From the NCBI RefSeq assembly GCF_006345805.1, contig NC_043021.1:6882001-6946000 (forward strand): DNA of 64,000 nt, given 5' to 3'. The DNA comes from Octopus sinensis. Lineage: Eukaryota. Below the pieces are notes generated by a model. The model did not search any database and was not told the DNA's origin. It saw only the letters and a program-made list of their open reading frames with translations. The first letter of the stretch is position 1. Every line of letters starts with the position of its first letter. The translations under genes were made by a program, and so were the position numbers. Of the stretch, positions 1 through 58,173 are shown piece after piece.

Positions 1-210
1 AAAATACTAGTGTAGGTATGAGTATGTATCTATATATGCATACAGAAAATTTGAATCTAATTGAATTTAACCTAGATTTGACGTAAGGGAGACAATATAT
101 TAAAAATTGTTCCCCCTGATATTTATCTACCAAAATGTTCCCCCTGATATTTATCTACCCAAATTTGTGCATTATTATATTGTGATTTGACTGTGGTTTA
201 ATCCAAGGTG

Positions 211-255
<45 letters not shown>

Positions 256-320
256 TGTGTGTGTTTGTACCTCAGCATACTGGATTCTTCTCAAATTCTC
301 TGATTTGCATTATCTTACAG

Positions 321-43826
<43,506 letters not shown>

Positions 43827-44001
43827 GGGAACAAACAGCATTCCTGGAATGAAATTCTAAAAGACCACTATTTACCGTTTGTGATGTTAACTTTGTAATC
43901 TATAAAATCAAGCCCAGTTGTTGTTATTATTATTATTATTATTATTATTGCTACTACTACTACTATTACATTATTATTATTATTATTTGTCATCATCATT
44001 T

Positions 44002-44015
44002 AATAAATAAATAAA
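44002..44015 (+). terminator. Three overlapping AATAAA polyadenylation signals about 180 nt after the stop codon
   Basis: taataaataaataaaa followed by T-rich sequence. Confidence 0.6.
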
Positions 44016-44529
44016 AATTAATTAACTATTCTCTCTTTCTCGTTAATCAATTTCTTTCATCAATTCAATTTCATTATTGATTCTCTTCTCCTCTGTCTTA
44101 TGATCCTAATTTATCATCATTTTCATCATCATCTGACGTCCACTTTTCCATGCCTGCATGGGTCAGACAGAATTTTTTGAGGCAAATTTTCTACAGTTGG
44201 ATGCTCTTCCTGTTGCCAAACCTCACCTGTTTCCAAGCAAAGTAATATTTCTCTATAGCCAGACATATTTTTCAAGGAAAACTTGAACTGAGCAACATAA
44301 TTGTTTACAGCCTTCACATGACGTCAAAACAAAGCTACACACACACACACATTTAGTTCCTGTCTACCAAATCCACTCACAAGGCTTTGATCTGCCCTAA
44401 GTATTGACAGAAAATAGTTGCCCAAGGTGTTGTGCAATCGGAATGAACCCAAGACTAAATACAAGTTTGAATTCTGCCAACATCAACTTTGCCTTTCATC
44501 CTTTTGTTGTTGATAAAATAAGTACCAGT

Positions 44530-45090
44530 TAAACTCTGGGGTTGATATGCAAAGTGCATTCGCCTCCTGTCAATTCACTGTAAAGTAGTCTTTTGGGTAG
44601 TCCTGTGCCTAGCCATCTGACCTGCGCTCTCCTCAGCAGCGTGAGGTTAGAAAACGCATTGAGTGCTTTCTTGATTCAAGTTTACAGCATTTATCTATTA
44701 ACACGGTGGCTGCCCCCGCATTATCGAGTATGGCCATTGCATGAAGCTTAATCAATGTTGTTATCGTGCAATGCCTGTGCAAGAAGATTTTTTTTAAAGT
44801 GGGGAAAGGCTGTGCACTGAGTCAATCCCACTCACTAAGCAACAGCAGCCATAATCCGAAGAGAAGGACAAGTCAACATCATCGGTAACCACTGAGCCGC
44901 AGGTTTTATGTCGGAGTAATCCCAGTTACCTGAGTTACCTTCTCCTAGAAGGATGCCCTAACAAAGGCTAGGAGTCCTTCACTCCCAATGGCTTAACCGC
45001 GCGATCGGGTATTCAGTCCGATTATTTCTATGTCCCCGCGCATGATACGGCCTTAAGACATTTATTGAATGGCCGTTGACTCTCAAGAGT
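44530..45090 (-). mobile_element. Possible RTE-type LINE 5'UTR fragment
   Basis: GC-richer island; minus strand has agggcatccttctaggagaagg..taaaacc, which resembles a recalled RTE 5'UTR motif. Confidence 0.35.
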
Positions 45091-48000
45091 TCCTCCGCCC
45101 TTTAACGGGTTTTGTTTTTCATCCCGCAGGATGTCCAATAAACACCCTCCTCACCAAGCAAGTTTGGTGGGGTTGCCGGTTTCACATACACACACCGATA
45201 ACCTACATAAATGTTTGAGCTAAGTGGCTGAATATTACACACACAGTTGCATTGTATTCTTAGCGTAATCCTTACACGTTTTGAATTAGACCCGTAATCC
45301 ATGAAACGAGATTCTATAGATTCTCTCGTTCCATTTTCACTTACAAGTCTTGAGTTGACCCGAGACTTATAGTAGAAGACACCCATAGTACCATGCTCAA
45401 AAACACATTCACATATCATGTAAATAATTAACGAAATTATTCATATCCCTCCGACGATAAATATTGCGTATTAAGTCGGTCTTTTTGCGAAAGGAGATAA
45501 CTCCAATTTTCATGAAGTTATCTCCCTTGATAACTATTTTTCCTTAATTTTTTCCCATCGATTCTTTTAAAATAATTTTCAGGGTTGTTCAATGCAGATA
45601 TATTAGAGGGTTTTCGATCGTTTTTGTCCAACGCCTCGCTTCAAGTTCCCTAAAGAAAAGAAGTGTACTCGTCATTAACAGACATAATAAATGGCCTCTG
45701 ACTGAAACTGATAACAGAATGCATATATATATAATCATCATCGTTTAACGTCCGCTTTCCATGCCAGCATGGGTTAGACGATTTGACTGAGGACTGGCGA
45801 ACCAGATGGCTACACCAGATGCATGCATGCATCCATCCATCCATACATACATACAATGGCCCATTGGTTAGGGCAGCAGACTCACAGTCAGAGGATCGCA
45901 GTTTCGACTCCCAGACCAGGAGTTGTGTGTGTTTATTGAGTGAAAACACCTATAAGCTCCACGAGGCAGGGGGTGGTGGCAACCCCTGTTGTACTCTTTC
46001 GCCCTAATTGTCCCTCATTCTCTCTTCCAGTTTCTTGAGTAACGCTGCGATGGACTAGCGTCCTATTCAGCTGGAGAGGAACACATATGCCACAGAAACC
46101 GGGAAACCAGGGCCAAGAGCCTGGCTAGGCTTGAAAAAGGGTGCATAAATAAAAAATAATTTATAACTTATTCTAAATATGATAGAATTAATCTAAAAGG
46201 AATATTTAGAAGCCTGGTATATCATTTGATTGTATTCAACCAAAAAACTTATTTTATTAGCTATTGATTAAAAAAAAAAATTCAACATTATTTTATGAAG
46301 ATATGTATAGTGTATTGTTTATTCAACTAAACAAGATTCTATGGATGACTTGATGGCTAAAGATAACTAATGTAACTGAATGTGTAAAGGAAAAAATCAG
46401 CTGCAACATGGATTTCTAGAAATTCAGAATCGCATCATGGTTTGTGTATATAATGATGGACAAACTGAAAATTAACGATCTCAGGAATAATCTATTTTAA
46501 ACCTTTAGCTTTCAAACAGGCCATATCCAGCCAAAGTATTCTACCCATTTCATGTTCGAACTAGCCAGATCTGGCTTTTCACATCTATCCTATAATGCCA
46601 TTGTAAAAAGTAAACAATCACATCATCAAAATCTCAGAGCTACAAGATGATGCATGATTAATTCAAAACAATGTGAGTAAATAAGCATCACATTTGAGAG
46701 AATAATCTAAATGCTAAAAGGTTAAAAATGCAATAAAATTCTTTCACTTATCTTTTATCACTAATTAATTATACCAATTTCTTGCTGGACAACTTGCACA
46801 AATTATTTGTTTACAGTGATCATAAGTGCAGACATGGCTTTGTGGTAAGGATATTGCTTCCCAACCACATGATTCTAAGTGTAAGCCTACTGCATTGCAC
46901 CTTGGGCAAGTGTCTTGTACTATAGCCTTGGGCCGGCCAAAGCCTTCTGAGTGGATTTGGTAGATGAAAACTGAAAGAAGCCCATTGTATATATGTTGTG
47001 TGTGTATATATATATATATAGATGGCCATAAGTCACTTTGACCATTTCTTTACTATTATTAGAAATGAGTAAAGAGACTTAGGGTCATCCTTATATATAT
47101 ATATATATATATATACATATACCGGAGTAAACACATAAATGTGAAACAAGGTGGAAAAAGAGTACTCAAATACCAGTGGTAGAGTAACTGTCCGACGAAC
47201 GGGGACATGAAACTCAGAGTAACAGGTTTTGTTGAATTTTCCGCTGCTTTAAATAAAGTATATATATATATATATGTATGTATGTATGTTTGCGTGTTTT
47301 TGTATCTGTTTGTCCCTCCCCACTGCTTCATAACTAGTGTTGGTTACTTACAAGACCATAACTTAGCGGTTTGGCAAAAGAGGACAATTGAAGCGTTTTG
47401 CTCAAGAACACAACGCACCACCTGGTCCAGGAATTGAAACCACAATCTCATGAGTGTACCATCCTAACCACTAGGCCACGTACCCTCACAATTCAATTAT
47501 ATATGTGAAACTATTAGTGGGTGGGGGTTAGGGGTGGGAGTAAATATTTTCTGGCTAGGAAAATAACCTGAGTGATTATATAACTGGACCACCCTGATGA
47601 AACAGATCCAATATTTCTTAAATAAAATTAATCCATAAGCTGTATGTTGTGTTATTTGATTATTTTCATGCATGTATAGCTAAATCTATACCACCAGCTA
47701 ATTCATTCTAAATATTGACTAATGTTAAGGATTATAAAGTTGTTCAGAATATCTTGAAACATGTTCAAACCAATGAACAGGATAGCAGAAGTCGAGGCTT
47801 TGTAGTCTCAAAATAGAAAAAAGAATTTATTGCTTCATAATGGGGTCACCTTCAACAAACAGTCAGAATTGATATAGCTTTGTTGCCACAAATCAAAACA
47901 TTTATATAATATCCTGAATAACTTGATGACTGTAAACATTTATAGTCACCTAACATAGTCACACACAAACTAAAAAAAAAGATCAAAATAAATATTTTTA

Positions 48001-48299
48001 TGGTTAGTATGACTAATTTTACTTTTTGTAGTTTTATAGGAAAAAAAAGTGGACAAATAACAAATCACTTTATAAGGTAATGTGGTAATGTTCAATCTGA
48101 CTAAATTAGCTTTGTATTGTTAATATGTCTATTGAATACTTGAGTGGCTGTGTGGTAAGTAGCTTGATTACCAAACACATGGTTCTGGGTTCAGTCCCAC
48201 TGCGTGGCATCTTGGGCAAGTGTCTTCTGCTATAGCCTCGGGCCGACCAATGCCTTGTGAGTGGATTTGGTAGACAGAAACTGAAAATAGCCTGTCGTA

Positions 48300-48350
<51 letters not shown>

Positions 48351-48715
48351 TTGTGTGTCTGTTTGTCCCCCTAGCATTGCTTGACAACCGATGCTGGTGT
48401 GTTTACGTCCCTGTCACTTAGCGGTTCGGGCAAAAAGAGACCGATAGAATAAGTACTGGGCTTACAAAGAATAAGTCCCGGTGTCGATTTGCTCGACTAA
48501 AGGCGGTGCTCCAGCATGGCCGCAGTCAAATGACTGAAACAAGTAAAAGAAAAAAGAAGAAAAATATAAATAGAAAACTGTCTCATTTATTAAATTGATT
48601 ACTTGGTAAACGTGAGAGTAGTAGTTTGTTATCTGTGTAATTTCAGTTTTGAAGTAAAATTTATCACACTCTACATTCTAGTATGAAGTGTTTAACAACT
48701 CTGGGAATTTTTTTT

Positions 48716-49290
48716 CATCTCCTTCCTGGCTTCATGTACACATGTATGCATCTCCTTCCTTCATGTATACATGTATGCATCTCCTTCCTTCATGTATACA
48801 TGTATGCATCTCCTTCCTTCATGTATACATGTATGCATCTCCTTCCTTCATGTATACATGTATGCATCTCCTTCCTTCATGTATACATGTATGCATCTCC
48901 TTCCTTCATGTATACATGTATGCATCTCCTTCCTTCATGTATACATGTATGCATCTCCTTCCTTCATGTATACATGTATGCATCTCCTTCCTTCATGTAT
49001 ACATGTATGCATCTCCTTCCTTCATGTATACATGTATGCATCTCCTTCCTTCATGTATACATGTATGCATCTCCTTCCTTCATGTATACATGTATGCATC
49101 TCCTTCCTTCATGTATACATGTATGCATCTCCTTCCTTCATGTATACATGTATGCATCTCCTTCCTTCATGTATACATGTATGCATCTCCTTCCTTCATG
49201 TATACATGTATGCATCTCCTTCCTTCATGTATACATGTATGCATCTCCTTCCTTCATGTATACATGTATGCATCTCCTTCCTTCCTTCAT
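48716..49290. repeat. 29-bp minisatellite (catctccttccttcatgtatacatgtatg), about 19-20 nearly identical units
   Basis: Period 29 counted directly; accounts for the long ORFs at 48683-49512. Confidence 0.96.
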
Positions 49291-50269
49291 GTATGTATGT
49301 ATGCATGTACATATGTATGTATGACGTATGTCATTGTTCAGTTTTGTATGTATGTATGTATGTGTGTGTGTGTGTATGTATGTATGAGAAAGCTTAGAAG
49401 GAATGAACCTGTGGAAAATGAGAGAATGTTGCTTTTTGTGTGTGTGGTTTGTATATCAAGGATTACATCATTCAATGTGTCCTTCATGTGTTTGTTACCC
49501 AACATTGCTTGACAACCGATACTAGTGTGTTTACATCCCCGTAACTTAGCAGTTTCGCAAAAGAGACTGATAGAATAAGTACTAGGCTTACAAAGAGTAA
49601 GTCCTGGGGTCGATTTGCTCAACTAAAGGTGATGCTCCAGCATGGCCGCAGTCAAATGACTGAAACAAGTAAAAGAGTAAAAAGAGTAAAAGAGTAAATA
49701 TTAAGGAATTTGGTCTTTCAGGAACTGAATCTCTGAATTATTAACCCATTTGATATTAACCCCAAGGAGACCGCCTCTGGTTTTGTGATAAAACCTTCAA
49801 GTTTTAAAGTGATCAAAGTTAAAACCTTCCATTGGAATTTCATACAACTGCATGTTCCAAACACCAGCTTAACAATGACAAAGTTCTTTTGACAAATTCT
49901 TCATTAGTTTAAGAATTAATTGAAGCAAAGGCAGTGTATTTCAGCAGAAATATGGTAACAAAAGGGTTTAGTCTCTGGTCTCCCATGGATTAAAGCTTTG
50001 AGTGATTCAGTCTTTGAAGAATTTGGTCTTTGAAGGATTAGGTCTTCATTGGATTTGGTCTCTGAGACATTCAGTTTGTACCACATGGTTTTCTTTTGGT
50101 ATTGTCATTGTTTTGTCTTCATTGTTGTCTGTTGCTGCTGTCATCGCTTCACGGTGTCGAGTAGCCGAAGAGATGTCAGCGCTTTGTTTTTGGATGTTTC
50201 CATGACGTAGCCGGTGTTGAACATTTCTTGGATAATCACATGGACACGGTCGATGTTGTAGATAATCTG

Positions 50270-50760
50270 TGAGGTGTTAAGGAAGGAAAAGACAAAGAGG
50301 GAAGGAAGGAGGAGACAAAGAGGAAAGGAAGGAGGAGACAACGAAGAAAGGAAGGAGGAGATGAGGAAAGGAAGGAGGAGACAGAAAGGAAAGGAAGGAG
50401 GAGACAGAAAGGAAAGGAAGGAAGAGATAAAGAGGAAAGGAAGGAGGAGACAAAGTGGGGGAAAGGAGAAGACAAAGAGGAAAGGAAGAAGGAGACAAAG
50501 AGGAAAAGAAGGAGACAAAGAGGAAAGGAAGGAGATAAATAGGAAGGGAAGGAGGAGATAAAGAGAAAAGAAGGAGGACACAATGAGGAAATGAAGGAGG
50601 AGACAAAAGAAAAGAAGGGAGGACACAAAGAGGAAAGGAAGAGGGGAGAGGGGACAAAGAGAAGAGGAGTAAAGGAAAGGAGATGAGGAGAATGAAGAAG
50701 AATGAGAACAAAAAAAAGAGAAAGAGAAGGTGAAATATGAGAAGGAGGAATAAATAGGTG
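50270..50760. repeat. Polypurine tract of degenerate ~23-bp units (gacaaagaggaaaggaaggagga)
   Basis: Almost only A and G on the + strand. Confidence 0.9.
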
Positions 50761-51011
50761 TTTGAGAGAATAGTCATACAAAAGTAGAGGTGAAATGACC
50801 ATCAATGAGAAAAGGAAACATGAAACATAAACATGAAACATAAACATAGGCGCAGGAGTGGCTGTGTGGTAAGTAGCTTGCTAACCAACCACATGGTTCC
50901 GGGTTCAGTCCCACTGCGTAGCATCTTGGGCAAGTGTCTTCTGCTATAGCCCCGGGCCGACCAATGCCTTGTGAGTGGATTTGGTAGACGGAAACTGAAA
51001 GAAGCCTGTCG

Positions 51012-51045
<34 letters not shown>

Positions 51046-51275
51046 GGGAGGTTGTGTGTTTGTGTTTGTCCACCTAGCATTGCTCGACAACCGATGCTGG
51101 TGTGTTTACGTCCCCGTCACTTAGCGGTTCGGCAAAAGAGACCGATAGACTAAGCAATGGGCTTACAAAGAATAAGTCCCGGGGTCGATTTGCTCGACTA
51201 AAGGCGGTGCTCCAGCATGGCCGCAGTCAAATGACTGAAACAAGTAAAAGAGTAAAAAAAAAGAGAGAGTATATC

Positions 51276-51306
<31 letters not shown>

Positions 51307-51851
51307 TAAAGTCCGTTTTCCAATTCTGGCATGGATTGGATGGTTTCATCAGAGGTGGCAAGGTGGAGAGCTGCACCAGATTCTAGTCTGATTTGGTTTG
51401 GTTTCCATGGCTGGATGCCCTTCCTAATGCCAACCACTTTACAGTGTGTGGCTGGATGCTTTTAATGTGGAACTGGCACAAGTGTTTTTATGTGACACCA
51501 GCACAGGGCTCTTGCAAGCCAATACTCTTCATACCAAATCAAACCGTTTTAAATTACTATATACATGTATGTATATTGTTGTAATTGTCATTTTAGTAAA
51601 TAAGTAAATAAATTGACATAACATAATGTCTAAAAGTTGATGAACCACCTATTGATCCCCTCCATTTTCTTATTGCTCCATAAATTAATGGTAAAATAAC
51701 TCTCTACCCTCACCTATTTAGTACACTAGGTAATGTAATTGCAATGCAATAAAAAACACTTGTGTATTAATAATTGGGTATTCTACAAGCAGTATATTGG
51801 ATAGATGTTATCCCTTAGTTGGTTGGATTCACAACCTCTAACTTTCTTGGA

Positions 51852-51914
<63 letters not shown>

Positions 51915-51939
51915 GAAAGAGAGAGAGAATGCATGTCAC

Positions 51940-51980
<41 letters not shown>

Positions 51981-52397
51981 ATTACATATATATACAAAGA
52001 GAGAGAGAAAGAGGTATGAAGAGAGAGGAAAATATTCAGAGAATGTTGTTGACAATTTGACAAATCTTCTGTCAAGGGCAGAATATATCTCCTGTACTAC
52101 TACCTGTTGATTAATATGTGGGTGTGTCTGTTAAGTCTCTGGCTAGGTGTATCTAAATTGAGGTCACAGAGAATCATTATGTGAGAATGCATGTGTGTGC
52201 ATGTGTGTGTGTGTGTGTGGTGTGTGTGTGTGTGTGTGTGTGCATGTGTGTGTGTGTGTGTGTGCATGTGTGTGTGTGAAATGGTCAACCTATCCATTGA
52301 GAGGAACTGATTTCAACAAAGACACTGATTTAGAACAAAAGCCATAACAACATTCTATACACATGCACACACGCATACATTTTCCTCATTTCATATA

Positions 52398-52443
<46 letters not shown>

Positions 52444-54198
52444 CACACACACACACACATACATAAATACATACACACACTTATTCTCCTAATTTTATTT
52501 CACTCACACACACAAACTGTATCCTATTGACCATCACCAATTACAGGGCACGATTGATAGTTGTCATATCAAGCCTCAGCTTATTAATAATAGACATTAG
52601 TGGAAACACAGTAATATGCAAAGAGAGAAATACTTGCTCACGTGTGGCTGTATGTTAAGAAGCTTGCTTCCCAACCACATGGTTCTGGGTTCAATCCCAC
52701 TGCATGATACCATGGGCAAGTGTCTGTTACTATACCCTCAAATTGACCAAAGCCTTGTGAGTAGATCTGGTAGGCCCATTGTGTATATGCGTGTGTGTGT
52801 GTGTGCATTTGTCGCTCACCACCACAACTTAACAACCAGTGCTGGTGTGTTTACATCCCCATAACTTAGTAGTTTGACAATAGAAGACCGATAGAATGAG
52901 TACCATCAATCTCTTTGAAAACTATGTTAAGGTATGTAGGTCTGTGGAGTGCTCAGCTACTTGCATGTTAATTTCACGAGCAAGCTGTTTTGTTGATCGG
53001 ATAAACTGGAACCCTCAATGTCATAAGTACCGGTTAAATCAGGAAAGCAATGTCCGTGGCATTTCATCCATCTTTACATTCTGAGTTCAAAATCTGCCGA
53101 GGTCAACTTTGCCATTCGGGTTGATAAAATAAGTAGCAATTGAACACTGGGGTTAATGTAATCAACTCCAAATGCAGGCATGGCTGTGTGGTAAGAAGCT
53201 TGCATCTCAACCATGTGGTCCCAGGTTCAGTGCCACGCATGTCACAGAATGTGACAAGGTTGGTCCTTTGAAGGCGGCGAGCTGGCAGAAGCGTTAGCAC
53301 GCCGGGCGAAATGCTTAGCAGTATTTCGTCTGCCGCTACGTTATGAGTTCAAATTACACCAAGGTCGACTTTGCCTTTCATCCTTTCAGGGTTGATTAAA
53401 TAAGTACCAGTTACGCTCTGGGGTCGATGTAATCGACTTAATCCGTTTGTCCCCTCCGTGTTTAGCCCCTTGTGGGCAATAAAGAAATAAGGTTGGCCCT
53501 TTGAAATACAGGTACAACTCGTTTTTGCCAGCTGAGTCGACTGGAGTGCTGTGAAATAAAGTGTCTTACTCAAGGACACAGCACACTGCTGAGAATTGAA
53601 CTCACAACCTTATGATCACGAACCAAATACCCCAACTACTAAGCCACATGCCTTCACTTTCTTGATGAAAAGATTTTAAAAAATAATAAGATCTCAGGAT
53701 GTTGAACATCCTGAACTAAATGACAAAGGCCTACCACTTGTTACAAGAAATTATGCTGGGAGTGACACATCCAACCCAAACGAGCATAGATAAAATGATG
53801 ATGATGATGATGATGATGTTTGGAACTAATTAAATATGATTCCATTGAGTAATGGAGGAAGAATAAAGAAAAGGATACGTCCAGCTCTGACTGAAAAAGA
53901 TGAAAAAAGAAAAAAAAAAAGATTAGTCATTCATAACCAGTAAAAATATATTTACAATTTAAACTAAAGCAACAAGCTGACAGAGTAATTAGCAAGTCGA
54001 ACAAGATGCTTATCAGTAATTTCTTACAATTCTTTACGGTCTGAGTTCAAATTTCACTGAGGTCAACTTTGCCTTTCAACCTTTCAGGATCAATAAAATA
54101 GATACCAGTTGAACCATGGAGTTGTTGTTATCAACTAACACCTTTCCCAAAAACTTTCAGGCCTTGTGCCCATAGTAGAAAAGATAATAATAATAATA

Positions 54199-54231
<33 letters not shown>

Positions 54232-54631
54232 ATTATTATTATTATTAGGCACCGGTGTGGTTGTAACAAATTTGCTTCCCAATCACATGGTTACAGGTTC
54301 AGTCCTACTGCATGAGCTGACCAAAGTCTTGTGAGTGAATTTGGTCGACAGAAACTGAAAGTAGCTCTCCATATGATCACTCTATCTTCTAGAAAGACAA
54401 GCTGAATTTCCATCAACAACCATTTTAAAAAATTGGACATATACAAAAAAAAGATGAGGCGCAGGAGTGGCTGTGTGGTAAGAAGCTTGATTACCAACCA
54501 CATGGTTCCAGGTTCATTCCCACTGCATAGCACCTTGGACAAGTGTCTTTTACTATAGCCTCGGGCCAACCAAAGCCTTGTGAGTGGATTTGGTAGACGG
54601 AAACTGAAAGAAGCCCATCGTATATATGTAG

Positions 54632-54669
<38 letters not shown>

Positions 54670-55959
54670 TTGTGTGTCTGTGTTTGTCCCCTCAACATCG
54701 CTTGACAACTGATGGTGGTGTGTTTACGTCCCCGTAACTTAGCGGTTCGGCAAAAAGAGACCGATAGACTAAGTATTAGGCTTCCAAAGAATAAGTCCTG
54801 GGGTTGATTTGCTCGACTAAAGGTGATGCTCCAACATGGCCACAGTCAAATGACTGAAACAAATAAAAGAATAAAAAAAAACAAAGAATCATGACATGAA
54901 CATCTTCGATCAAAGGCCTGCTGGATCAAAACTAACAACATGTAATGGTTAGGCAGAGTGGCCTAGTGAGAACAGGGCTGTATCAGAAGGGTTTGGGGTT
55001 TGGCCGTAGAATGCTTGCTGCACTGTGGTATACACAGTAATGACATAGACAATGGTGACAGAATTTGATGAGCAATCCAACACCTGACCCAATCCATATC
55101 AACTCACTCATCCATCGACCGGCAACACTCAACTGCTAGGTGCTAGGTCCACCTAACTGTCGACCATTTTTCTGCCTACGGATCCCTTTGATTCCTATTT
55201 TACTCTGCTGGACCCTCCATAGCTATTCAATGTACATTAAAAATTCTCGCTATGTTTATGATTAATTACTGTTAGGAATTGTAAAAAAAGATATTTTGTG
55301 TATAGCAAAAGTACAAGCAACTTATTACACATAAACTTCAGCGCAACAAAATATTTTATAGATCCCACAAAGGGTCATATGGACCCCAGTTAAGAACTAC
55401 TGAGCCAGATACTTACAACTTTGTCAAAATACACATTCAATGTTTCCAGTAGATTATGCATCAGCTCATATATCGCCAGTTCATTCTAAAAGAGACAAGA
55501 AAATATACATTTATGTAGCATCATTATCAAGGCTTTTTTTTATGTCTGGGTTCCAACCCAGGTCACAACAACAAAGTCCACTCACCACACTTCTTGAGCC
55601 ATCATCAATGCCTCGAGGTCCTCGAGGCATTGATGATGGCTCATTCCAGGCCAGTGTCTGCAATCAAGTTGTACTGTATGTGATGACATTTACCACTTCT
55701 TACATCATCATGAAGTGGCTTCCACAAGACTAATTTGGATGTTTCCAATCCAGTCTGGTGCATGCAACGACCAGACAGTCACAACCATCTTTGCCTTATC
55801 TCTTCACTAACTTTCAACAGGTCTCCATAAAGGCATTCATTTGTCATATGTTGCTGCCAATTCACACTTTGAATCATTCATAGAATCCTTGTGTCGCAGC
55901 CACCTAGCAGCCTCCTGGCTTCCTAGACCCCGGTCGAACCATCCAACCCATGCTAGCAT

Positions 55960-56873
55960 GTGTAATGGATGTGTAATGGCAGAGTGCCTACACGACAGAG
56001 GGTAAGCGCCCTGAGAGAAAAATTGGACTTAAGAAGCATCAGATGTGGTGTGCAAGAGAGACAACTGCGCTGGTATCGTCATATGTTACAAATGGGTGAG
56101 GACAGCTGTGTGAAAAAGTGTCACACCCTAATAGTTGTGGAAGAGATAGACCCAGAAAGACCTGAGATGAGGTGGTGAAGCATGACCTTCAAACATTGGG
56201 CCTCACCAAGGCAATGACAAGTGACCAAGATCTTTGGAGATATACTGTGCTTGAGAAGACCTGGCAGGCCTAGTGAGATCATAACTGTGGTCCATGCCAG
56301 TGCTGTATAACAAGCCCATTTAAGATTACCCGTCAATCATTGGACAATAAATTATGCTTTTGAAGACCTGTTGAGTCAAGTGAAATTGTCATGGCCGATG
56401 ACAGTACCGCCTGATTGGCACCCATGCCAGTAAAACATTAAAAGCACCATTCGAGCATGATCATTGCCAGGGCCACTGACTGGCTCCCGTGCCGGTGGCA
56501 CATGAAAAGCACCATTCGAGCATGGTCATTGCCAGCATCACCTGACTGGCTCCTGTGCCAGTGGCACGTAAAAAAACATCATTCTAGCGTGGTCATTGCC
56601 AGTGCCGCCGGACTGACCCCTGTGCAGGTGGCACATAGAGAGTACCATTTGGGCATTCCCGGTGCCAGTACTGCCTGGCTGGCCCTCGTGCAGTGGCACG
56701 TAGAAACACACACTACACTCTCGGAGTGGTTAGCATTAGGAAGGGTATCCAACTGTAGAAACTTTGCCAGATCAGATTGGAACCTGGTGCAGCCTTCTGG
56801 CTCGCTAGCCCTCAGTCAAACCGTCCAACCCATGCAAACATGGAAAGCGGACGTTAAATGACAATGATGATGA
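55960..56873 (+). mobile_element. 5'-truncated RTE-clade LINE, same family as 8890-9780
   Basis: VSALREKLDLRSIRCGVQERQLRWYRHM-MGEDSCVKKCHTL, then tandem-repeat UTR and (GAT) tail. Confidence 0.87.
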
Positions 56874-57998
56874 AATATATGTCTTTTGTCTATTTTCATA
56901 AAGCTTCCCGTTATATATATATATATTATATATATATATATATACATATGTATATATATATATATATATATATACATATGTATATATATAAATGTGCAGT
57001 GGATAAAAAGGATAATGTTACCATGTTAACCTACACAGGTGTAGGCATGGTTGTGTGGTAAGAACCTTGCTTCCCACTCCACATGGTTCAGGGTTCAATC
57101 ATACTGCATGGCACCTTGGGCAAGAGTTTCCTATAGCCTTGAGCTTATGAGCGGATTTGTTATGCGGAAACTTAAAGGAGTCTATATATATGGGTGTGTT
57201 TGCGTGTGTGTATGTGTGTAGGGAAGTAGGGGTTTGTCCACCACCACCACTGCTTCACAACCAGTGCTGATGTGTTTAGATCCCTGTAACTTAGCAGCTC
57301 AGCAAAAGAGAGAGATAGAATAAGTGCCACGTTTTAAAACAATAAGTACTGGGAGTTAAGACATTCAACTAAAAATTCTTTAAGGCATTGCCCCAGCATG
57401 GCCACAGTCTAATGACTGACACAGATAAAAGATAAAAGATACACTGGTACAAAGTCACAATTTCTTAGAGAGAGAGAGAGAGAGAGAGAGAGAGTAAGAT
57501 GTAATTAATTTAATCTCACACACATACATACATGACAGGCTTCCACACAGTTTCCATCTACCAATTCCACTCACAAAGCATCGGTCAACCTAGGGCTATA
57601 GTAGAGAATAACACCCCCACATCACCCAGTAATTATATTGCTAATCCCAGGAGGAAGAGCCAAGTCCACTTCAGTAAGGATTCGACAACAACAAACAACA
57701 AGAGCAACAATAATAATAAATAATGACATTACCTCATCACTGGTAACGGCAGCCACCAGGTACAAATTCACATATTTTCGATAAACTACCACAAAATCTC
57801 GATATTCCCAGAATGTACACTGAAAAAAAAGGGAAAGATGAGAGACAATGAAGTCATGGCAGACTGAAATTTATTGAAGGGAAAGTTTATGAAAATAAAC
57901 AAAAGACGAAGGCAGGTGGTGTACAAAACAAACAGATGTATTAGTATAGCGCTCAGGAATAGAAAAAGTCTTTTACGTTTCGAGCCTACGCTCTTCTA

Positions 57999-58173
57999 TG
58001 GAAGCACTCCGTCGGTTACGACGACGAGGGTTCCGGTTGATCCGAGTCAACAGAACAGCCTGCTTGTGAAATTAACGTGTAAGTGGCTGAGCACTCCACA
58101 GACACGTGTACCCTTAACCGCGATCCTATGACTGCGAGTCCGCTGTCCTAACCACTGGGCCATTGCGCCTCCA
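57999..58173 (-). mobile_element. Internally deleted family-C SINE with a 14-bp TSD (cctacgctcttcta at 57985-57998 and 58174-58187)
   Basis: Exact direct repeats on both sides. Confidence 0.85.

Noticed and set aside
45005-45075. HDV-like ribozyme (atg-tccccgcg-cat as P3/L3)
   Set aside because: I could not find a complete P1, P2 or J4/2 by eye, and the orientation is opposite to the putative LINE.
48683-49512. 213-274 aa repetitive ORFs
   Set aside because: Artefact of the 29-bp minisatellite; all three frames are open.
50141-50847. Hydrophobic L/F/S/P-rich ORFs resembling membrane proteins
   Set aside because: Reverse translation of the polypurine tract.
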